Source: a virus (taxonomy: Duplodnaviria > Caudoviricetes). From it: DNA of 42,970 nt. The notes under the pieces are model-generated. The model did not search any database and was not told where the DNA came from. It saw only the letters and a list, made by a program, of their open reading frames with translations. Below, one piece after another: positions 37,444-42,970 of the stretch (the stretch's first letter is position 1; every line of letters begins with the position of its first letter). Made by a program: the position numbers and the translations under genes. The DNA lies in IMG/VR virus record IMGVR_UViG_3300020045_017019, positions 1-42,970 of that record; one strand, written 5' to 3'.

Positions 37444-37917
37444 TTAAGTGTTTTTCTTTTCGGTTAGCTCCTGTATTTTATCCTTTATCCATTTCGGAAA
37501 AATGGTGAAACCCAAGGCTTCAAAGTTTTCAATGATAGATTTCATTTCCCGGACGATGGGCATGATATAGAATATCGTCTTAAAATAATCAAAGAGTAGC
37601 GATTTTTCGCCTTCAATTGTAAAATGTAGGGCTACATGTATCGAAATAAGATAACAGGCGTAAAGGATTATTTTCAGAAAGAATCCTTCCAACTTTTTAG
37701 ATGAAAAGTTCTCTTTCCTGCCAAATTTGGACGCCATCACGCCCGTGATGGTATCTATCAGGATTATTGTTGAAACGAAACCGATATACTTCCAGTCGCT
37801 CCAGAGGTAGGTATTGGTTACGTTTTTGATTAGCTCAATCAATAAGGCTGTTTCTAAATACAACAACATTAACGTTTTGTTGGTAAAGCCTTCGTAAAAA
37901 TTCAAAATGTATTTCAT
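37444..37917 (-). CDS. Holin (phage_holin_4_1-like)
   Basis: IDTITG, SSKKL, EMKSIIEN motifs and hydrophobic helices. Confidence 0.85.
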   Translation of the reverse strand: MKYILNFYEGFTNKTLMLLYLETALLIELIKNVTNTYLWSDWKYIGFVSTIILIDTITGVMASKFGRKENFSSKKLEGFFLKIILYACYLISIHVALHFTIEGEKSLLFDYFKTIFYIMPIVREMKSIIENFEALGFTIFPKWIKDKIQELTEKKNT

Positions 37918-37968
37918 CGTTTTTTTTGTTTTATGCAAAACCCTGCCAATTAGCAGGGCTTTATGTGG

Positions 37969-38313
37969 TTAGGTTGTTTTCTTTTTTCTGGATAAATAAA
38001 GTAGCCCTGAGACTAAAACTAATGATACAATTACATTATATAAACATACTTTTTTGAACAAACTTAATTGTTCTTTCTGCTTACTAATTACCTCCTTTTG
38101 GCTTTGGATAGCCTTTTCTTTAACTGTCAGCATAGATTTCAGCTGTATGTTTTGGATAGCCATATCATGCCCAACATCGGCGGCTTGAGTTAATAGTTTG
38201 AGGTCATTTAGGGGGAGGCTTACGTAACCTTCTGAGGATTTCGTTTGTGCGTTTGATAATATCGCTATCAGTACGAAGACTATCGTAAATAGCATTTGTT
38301 TTGTCGATTTCAT
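37969..38313 (-). CDS. Spanin-like membrane protein
   Basis: N-terminal signal, coiled coil, C-terminal TM helix; overlaps lipoprotein gene. Confidence 0.55.
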   Translation of the reverse strand: MKSTKQMLFTIVFVLIAILSNAQTKSSEGYVSLPLNDLKLLTQAADVGHDMAIQNIQLKSMLTVKEKAIQSQKEVISKQKEQLSLFKKVCLYNVIVSLVLVSGLLYLSRKKKTT

Positions 38314-38524
38314 ATTGAATTACGTTTATTTGAGTTGAACGGATGGTGCTATCTAAAGCAGTAAAAGTTTTCTGAAAAGCAAATAATTGCTCTTGTGTAG
38401 GTAGCTTCTCTACTTTATCACGGATTTCTAATAATATTTTACGATTTGTACTACAGCCATTTAGCAAAAAAGCTATTACTAGGGCTAAAAGTAAAATGGT
38501 GGCTTTGATAAGTTTATTTTTCAT
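38204..38524 (-). CDS. Spanin-like lipoprotein
   Basis: MKNKLIKATILLLALVIAFLLNG-C lipobox from ATG 38524. Confidence 0.6.
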   Translation of the reverse strand: MKNKLIKATILLLALVIAFLLNGCSTNRKILLEIRDKVEKLPTQEQLFAFQKTFTALDSTIRSTQINVIQYEIDKTNAIYDSLRTDSDIIKRTNEILRRLRKPPPK

Positions 38525-39083
38525 ATTTCTGGAAGGCTTTAAGCATTTTAACATCGTACTGATTGGTTTTATAGGCTTTGCCATTATAGCCCAACGCAAA
38601 GGCTGCGAAGTCTGGTGTTTCGCCACGAAGGCAAAGGTGTAAATCTACAGAGATAACAAACTTACAGAAGGAAAGTAATTGCTGATATTCGCCTTTTTTG
38701 TAGTCATCCACCATATCATCAACTGATTTATAGCCAGCATCTTGATAATTAAAGCCCATGATTTGGAACATTCCCCAGGATGTAGAAAGCATAGCCGCTC
38801 TGGCATTAATAGCAAAAGCCTTATTGAAGCGTTGATATTCCTTTTCGCCACCTAAATAATGTTTGTTTGAATATTTCAGATGGCATAAGGTAGGCTCCTT
38901 TTTAGCTACTTCGGCAGCGTTTGGCACATATTTGTAGAATTTATGCCCTTCAAAAAGAATTTTTAGCTTGCCAGAAGGCAAAAAGCCTTCGCCCTGTGCC
39001 TCAACGTCCTTCACGGCTTTGATAGCTGCTACCGAACACCCTAAAAGGTTTGATGCTTGGATATATTGTTCTTCTGTAATCAT
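38514..39083 (-). CDS. Endolysin, N-acetylmuramidase (DUF3380-like)
   Basis: VEAQGEGF, KILFEGH, STSWGMFQIMGFN, YNG..Y..NQYD. Confidence 0.92.
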   Translation of the reverse strand: MITEEQYIQASNLLGCSVAAIKAVKDVEAQGEGFLPSGKLKILFEGHKFYKYVPNAAEVAKKEPTLCHLKYSNKHYLGGEKEYQRFNKAFAINARAAMLSTSWGMFQIMGFNYQDAGYKSVDDMVDDYKKGEYQQLLSFCKFVISVDLHLCLRGETPDFAAFALGYNGKAYKTNQYDVKMLKAFQKYEK

Positions 39084-39086
39084 AGC

Positions 39087-39123
39087 CAAATTTTGTAAAA
39101 TATCTGGCTATGAAAAAGGACAA
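39087..39123 (-). promoter_or_regulatory. Putative late promoter 5 (TTGTCC-N23-AAAATTTG)
   Basis: Shared motif; endolysin ATG 3 nt downstream. Confidence 0.75.
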
Positions 39124-39132
39124 GGATTTGAC

Positions 39133-39180
39133 TAAAATGGTGGGAAGGTGAAAATGGTAGATACCTAAAATGGTGGGAAG
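39133..39180 (+). repeat. TAAAATGGTGGGAAG direct repeats
   Basis: Exact copies at 39133 and 39166, partial at 39151. Confidence 0.8.
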
Positions 39181-39203
39181 TAGATTATAAACCCAAAATA
39201 AGC

Positions 39204-39240
39204 AAATAGCCCAGACGATTTTCGTTTGGGCTATTTTTTT
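39204..39240. terminator. Terminator
   Basis: AAATAGCCCAGACG/CGTTTGGGCTATTT stem. Confidence 0.75.
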
Positions 39241-39241
39241 G

Positions 39242-39667
39242 TTAGTTCGTTATTTGATTCAAATTAAATTTAGGCGGTAAATATTTCCAATTAATTGACT
39301 GGCGATACTCTTTCCCATTTGATGTGAAAAACGTAACATCTTGGTCATTAAATTGAGATGCCTCATAGCTGCGTTCTTTGTCAATTTCAATATCAATTTT
39401 GAAATCAAAGCTTTTAATTTGAAAAGGAACATCTGTGATTAATCCCACATTGTTTCTTTTGAACTTATATACATAACCTGAGGTATTGAACTCATCAGAA
39501 AAACCCTGACGAGTAGGAGTGAAATTCTCGTCAAAATACTGAATGTACGATTCTGTAATATAATCAATACATCTAAAATATAAACCCATATACCCAACAT
39601 CTGTTTTGTATAGATATAGTAAAATAAATGAATTTTGCATTTGCTTTGTTATTTGGTCATTAAACAT
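39242..39667 (-). CDS. Hypothetical accessory protein (141 aa)
   Basis: AT-rich ORF. Confidence 0.7.
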   Translation of the reverse strand: MFNDQITKQMQNSFILLYLYKTDVGYMGLYFRCIDYITESYIQYFDENFTPTRQGFSDEFNTSGYVYKFKRNNVGLITDVPFQIKSFDFKIDIEIDKERSYEASQFNDQDVTFFTSNGKEYRQSINWKYLPPKFNLNQITN

Positions 39668-39669
39668 TG

Positions 39670-40140
39670 TTATGCTAAAATAAGAAATGGTATCAACTTT
39701 TGTTCTTCCATTTCCATATTGTACATGGAATCATGTCTAGACTTTTTTCGACCATCATCAAAATATGTTTCGTTCTCTATTACATAGAGTAGCCTTAATA
39801 GAAATTGCTTCCTTGTTGCTGATTCTGGATTGTTGCTTGCACACCATTCAGATGAAAAAAGGAACTCGTATAGTACTCCATTTTCTTTATCCAATGTTCT
39901 ATCAATCCCAAAGAACAAAGACCCCCATTCTGGATAATTGAAATAACTCCCATTCATATCAATTTCATCTACATTAATAGATGAATCAAGTGCTATTCCG
40001 TGACCAAGTGGACATCCAGCCACTTTTATTTTATTTTTTCCGCAAAAAGTTGCAATTCTTGAAATAGTCATTGAAAAGTTTTCATCTGAAACGTGCAATA
40101 AAATCAGATTGAATAGTTTCTTTAAGTTTATTTTCTTCAT
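39670..40140 (-). CDS. Hypothetical accessory protein (156 aa)
   Basis: ORF with CG...AGCPLGH motif. Confidence 0.7.
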   Translation of the reverse strand: MKKINLKKLFNLILLHVSDENFSMTISRIATFCGKNKIKVAGCPLGHGIALDSSINVDEIDMNGSYFNYPEWGSLFFGIDRTLDKENGVLYEFLFSSEWCASNNPESATRKQFLLRLLYVIENETYFDDGRKKSRHDSMYNMEMEEQKLIPFLILA

Positions 40141-40223
40141 GATATTTTTTGTTTAAAAAGTTGTAAATAAAACTTTGGTTTACGATACCAAAAAACGGTT
40201 AAAATTGCCTAAAATGGTGGCAA

Positions 40224-40535
40224 CTACTTTACACTAATCGCAATATGAGTATCTAATCCTAAAGCTTTGGCAAATTGGTTAATAGTTTCAATTCCCATCT
40301 TTACTTTACCCGATTCTAGTTTACTAATCTGAAAACGGTCATACTTTGCCGTCATATTATCCGCAACATTTTGCAAAGTTTTGGCTTGCAAAAGCCTGAA
40401 TTCTTTAAAAATGGTGGGAAGCTCATCAGGATTTGCCAAAATGGTGTATGCCTTTATACTATTTTTAGCAATAAAGTTTAACGCCATTTCAATGTTATCA
40501 AATTCCGTTGGGTTATTATTATATAGTATCTTCAT
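40224..40535 (-). CDS. XRE-family HTH protein
   Basis: FKEFRLLQAKTLQNVAD..QISKLESG..IETINQFAKALG. Confidence 0.85.
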   Translation of the reverse strand: MKILYNNNPTEFDNIEMALNFIAKNSIKAYTILANPDELPTIFKEFRLLQAKTLQNVADNMTAKYDRFQISKLESGKVKMGIETINQFAKALGLDTHIAISVK

Positions 40536-40836
40536 TTACGTTGATAGTAATATTTAGTTTATAATACTCGGAAATCTTCAAAAGTGTAGATACTCCTAAT
40601 TTCCTAACTCCACTTTCAGTATCTAACACCATAGCATGTGTAAGCCCTACAGGCTCACCAAAATTTTTAGGGGTAAGTTTTAGTTTTTCCCGCAAATATG
40701 CTATCATTTGCGGGGCTTCGCTAAGGCTAAAAATGCCTTCTTCTGGCAGAGATTCTTTGAACATTTTTGGGGTGTTTAAAATGGTGGGAGTTATTAATAT
40801 TTTTTTTATGCTGTTACTGGCTGAATAATAAGCCAA
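40519..40836 (-). CDS. XRE-family HTH protein
   Basis: LREKLKLTPKNFGEPVGLT..TESGVRKLGVSTLLKI; true start may be downstream. Confidence 0.8.
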   Translation of the reverse strand: MAYYSASNSIKKILITPTILNTPKMFKESLPEEGIFSLSEAPQMIAYLREKLKLTPKNFGEPVGLTHAMVLDTESGVRKLGVSTLLKISEYYKLNITINVNEDTI

Positions 40837-41231
40837 TCAATATAATGTTTTGCTAATCTTTCAGCCTCATCCCTTACTCCGTAACCAGTATTATTTATTC
40901 GCTTTCCATTGACTACTGGGTAAAAGTGGACTTTCTTTCTACCTTCTTTCACGTATCTGAATAATTGGATTTTAATACCTTTATAGGTAGTTCTATCGCT
41001 TAATGAACTAGTAATATTAGCGTTTAAAACGATAAAGCTTTCTGCCTTTTCATTGTAAGTTTTTTCTGATAATAACCATGTTTTATGTCCGTTTAAATAC
41101 GGAATTAAGTTCAATTGCTCATCTAGCAAATAAACGCTAATTACAGTAGTTGTTACTTTCTTAACTTTCACTACTTGCGTTCCAATTTTAAATAAATCTC
41201 CTTTTACTAATTGTGAGAATGGCTTTAACAT
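40806..41231 (-). CDS. Hypothetical protein (141 aa)
   Basis: First gene after an operator-bearing promoter. Confidence 0.7.
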   Translation of the reverse strand: MLKPFSQLVKGDLFKIGTQVVKVKKVTTTVISVYLLDEQLNLIPYLNGHKTWLLSEKTYNEKAESFIVLNANITSSLSDRTTYKGIKIQLFRYVKEGRKKVHFYPVVNGKRINNTGYGVRDEAERLAKHYIDWLIIQPVTA

Positions 41232-41288
41232 TTTAGTTCCCCGTTATAACACCACGGGAGCGGGCTTAGTTGTTTTCCTTTGTTGATA

Positions 41289-41343
41289 CAAATATATAAG
41301 AAAAAATATTGTTGTGCAAACATACACAACAATGTTTTTTCTT
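41289..41343 (-). promoter_or_regulatory. Consensus promoter with 19-bp inverted repeat
   Basis: TATATTTG at 41289-41296, TTTG at 41317-41320, arms 41298-41316 and 41325-41343 (one mismatch). Confidence 0.75.
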
Positions 41344-41402
41344 GTTAACTCAAATTTCTTTAAAAAATACACTAGAATCACTTATTCTACTATAAATAAT
41401 AC

Positions 41403-41478
41403 AATATCAAGAAGCCACCAAAGTAAATGCAACATCCGTAAAATCTATATTAGGTTGAATTTTGTATTGAATTTCTTT
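41403..41478 (-). repeat. Orphan duplicate of tail gene 3' end
   Basis: 73/76 identical to 42475-42550. Confidence 0.92.
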
Positions 41479-41487
41479 AAATAAATG

Positions 41488-41521
41488 AAAAAGCCTAACT
41501 AAAAATATCTTAGTTAGGCTT
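41488..41521 (-). terminator. Terminator
   Basis: AAGCCTAACTAA/TTAGTTAGGCTT stem with T-tract on minus strand. Confidence 0.75.
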
Positions 41522-41580
41522 ATTTATGATTGATTGGTATTGAAAAATGCTTGAATCTAGTCCAGATTATTTTGTCGCTG

Positions 41581-41814
41581 TCATAAAACCCTAGCTTCAA
41601 ACTCTGCAACTCTACTTTGGCTTGTTGAAAACAAAGCAATCTTCTCAACAACAATACCTTTATACTGAATTGGATACTCCTTATCCTTACTAATCTTAAA
41701 CCATTGCTGCTTAGACAGCGGAACACCCATCGGATGTTCTAAAAAACTCTGTATTGCCGAATGTGCAGTCTTTGTGCCATTTGGCAACGTTACGATAAAA
41801 ATGTATTTTTGCAT
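41581..41814 (-). CDS. Small putative DNA-binding protein (77 aa)
   Basis: Shares aaatactaagacgATG start with upstream gene; function inferred. Confidence 0.6.
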   Translation of the reverse strand: MQKYIFIVTLPNGTKTAHSAIQSFLEHPMGVPLSKQQWFKISKDKEYPIQYKGIVVEKIALFSTSQSRVAEFEARVL

Positions 41815-41827
41815 CGTCTTAGTATTT

Positions 41828-41868
41828 AAAAGCCCCTTCGTATGTTATAGCATACTTTAGGGGCTTTT
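41828..41868. terminator. Hairpin between cassette genes
   Basis: AAAAGCCCCT/AGGGGCTTTT stem. Confidence 0.6.
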
Positions 41869-41873
41869 TGTTT

Positions 41874-42158
41874 TTAATTATATCTTTCAAGTATTTGAGT
41901 TACTGGGTCTCCCATTAAAACATCATTTTGAGAAATATAACCGACAATAATACAAGGATTTTGGTTTTCGTAAACATTTTCCCAACTTTTATCTTCGTTG
42001 TGTATATATTTGATAAATTTCAATTCATTGGTTTCAACATTGAAAGAAAGACCGTAACTTTTTGAATCATCATCTCCTTCGAGTACTTCATTTAAAAGTG
42101 ATTCTAAATTTGAAACTTCTAAAGCTGATTCTAATGCGTTTAATGTTTGAGTATTCAT
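41874..42158 (-). CDS. Small acidic protein (94 aa), anti-defence candidate
   Basis: 17 D/E versus 5 K/R; ATG at 42158. Confidence 0.7.
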   Translation of the reverse strand: MNTQTLNALESALEVSNLESLLNEVLEGDDDSKSYGLSFNVETNELKFIKYIHNEDKSWENVYENQNPCIIVGYISQNDVLMGDPVTQILERYN

Positions 42159-42203
42159 CGTCTTAGTATTTTTCAACAAAGCTTCGTTGCCTTATTGTTG
42201 ATA

Positions 42204-42235
42204 CAAATATAATACTTATATTTAATATAAGTCAA
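42204..42235 (-). promoter_or_regulatory. Consensus promoter with palindromic operator
   Basis: TTGAC (42231-42235) and TATATTTG (42204-42211) with ACTTATATT-t-AATATAAGT (42214-42232) between. Confidence 0.8.
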
Positions 42236-42433
42236 GTAAAATGTAAAATATTTTTTATTTTTTTTCAAATACTTGCACAAGCCGTAATTATTAATAATTT
42301 TGAATTATAATCGAACCAAACGGAATTGAAACATTATCAGTCATGTATTGAAGAATCCTAAAAATTCTCTCTAACATCAACACTTTACCCTTAATCGTAC
42401 CAGTGCAAACCCTAAAAATTTTGCACAGAGGAT

Positions 42434-42476
42434 TAACAAAAAAGGTAGCTATACACATAGCTACCTTTTTTGTTAA
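42434..42476. terminator. Bidirectional terminator after tail gene
   Basis: AAAAAAGGTAGCTAT-acac-ATAGCTACCTTTTTT. Confidence 0.88.
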
Positions 42477-42478
42477 TA

Positions 42479-42970
42479 TCAAGAAGCCACCAAAGTAAAT
42501 ACAACCTCCGTAAAATCTATGTTAGGTTGAATTTTGTATTGAATTTCTTTTCTGAAACAGTTTACGCCGTTCAAATTAATCTTTGTGTTAGCCTTTTGGG
42601 CTAATACTTCCGATACTTTCATCACTGTTTTGTATTCAAACTCTGCACTATTCAAATACTTCAATTGCGGAGCAAACACTTGTTCATACAAATTATCCGT
42701 ACCGTATAGGTTCAAATTCCAAAAACCATAATTATTTGAAACATTACCCGCATCGTCCACAAAACAAAGTCGGCAAATAGGTTTGTTCTCAGATTGATTT
42801 TTGATGATAGTTACACCTGCACCATCCGTTTGATGCAAACTATCTTCGTATCGTACAGGCGGGAAATATAGATCTATATTTTCAGCGTCCTCAATTTCTT
42901 CAACAGGATATGGTTGATATTGTGTTAATTTCTCATCCACATCGTTCCATTTTATTCGCACTTGCTTTGC
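42479..42970 (-). CDS. Partial CDS, C-terminus of putative tail hub/baseplate protein
   Basis: Frame open to window end; LYGTDNLYEQ..KINLNGV pattern; ends at strong terminator. Confidence 0.65.
   Translation of the reverse strand, partial: AKQVRIKWNDVDEKLTQYQPYPVEEIEDAENIDLYFPPVRYEDSLHQTDGAGVTIIKNQSENKPICRLCFVDDAGNVSNNYGFWNLNLYGTDNLYEQVFAPQLKYLNSAEFEYKTVMKVSEVLAQKANTKINLNGVNCFRKEIQYKIQPNIDFTEVVFTLVAS

Larger units (their letters stand above)
1..42970. mobile_element. Temperate Bacteroidota siphovirus-like phage, excised/attP-joined form, both ends truncated
   Basis: Head, tail, terminase, replication, repressor, integrase and lysis modules present; no host housekeeping genes; att-like site internal with phage genes on both sides. 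Confidence 0.93.

Noticed and set aside
37936-37972. Sixth late promoter before holin
   Set aside because: CTAACC-N23-GGGTTTTG deviates in both boxes and overlaps a hairpin
40224-41231. HigBA-type toxin-antitoxin
   Set aside because: No RelE/HigB motif recognised in the 141-aa ORF; cannot be fully excluded without a profile search
41403-42550. Diversity-generating retroelement TR/VR pair
   Set aside because: Only 3 mismatches (g/a, a/c, a/g), not all at adenines of one copy on either strand; no reverse transcriptase in window
1-42970. Window is a complete circle with the two terminal ORFs joined
   Set aside because: Joining the ends puts the partial ORFs out of frame and no terminal overlap is visible; sequence is missing

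Overview
Near-complete genome segment (about 43 kb, AT-rich) of a temperate, long-tailed Bacteroidota phage. The host phylum is inferred from TAnnTTTG -7 promoter boxes, A-rich translation starts and the gene families. Most genes are on the minus strand. Late genes (23.1 kb down to 1): two large putative carbohydrate-active proteins, S49 prohead protease, capsid, tail tube, terminases, portal, head-tail genes and tape measure. Early/replication genes (33.5 to 23.3 kb): primase-helicase, DUF3127 SSB-like protein, many small ORFs and a TGTAAC-repeat origin candidate. A plus-strand lysogeny block (33.7-37.4 kb) holds a repressor, a DnaQ-BRCT exonuclease and a tyrosine integrase next to an apparently intact attP whose core resembles a tRNA-Leu 3' end. 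A lysis block (37.4-39.1 kb) and an accessory island (39.2-42.5 kb) follow. Both window ends cut tail genes. Main signals: (1) five identically spaced promoters TTRTCC-N23-nAnnTTTR, three placing ATG 3 nt after the box; (2) an acr/aca-like island with palindromic operators, partly bracketed by a 76-bp duplication of a tail gene 3' end; (3) a 7/8-mer tandem-repeat family at accessory-gene junctions, in inverted orientation around a Tad2/DUF2829 gene; (4) a polarised AAAATGGTGG cluster; (5) several small ORFs missing from the ORF track. All family assignments come from motif recognition and synteny, not database searches.
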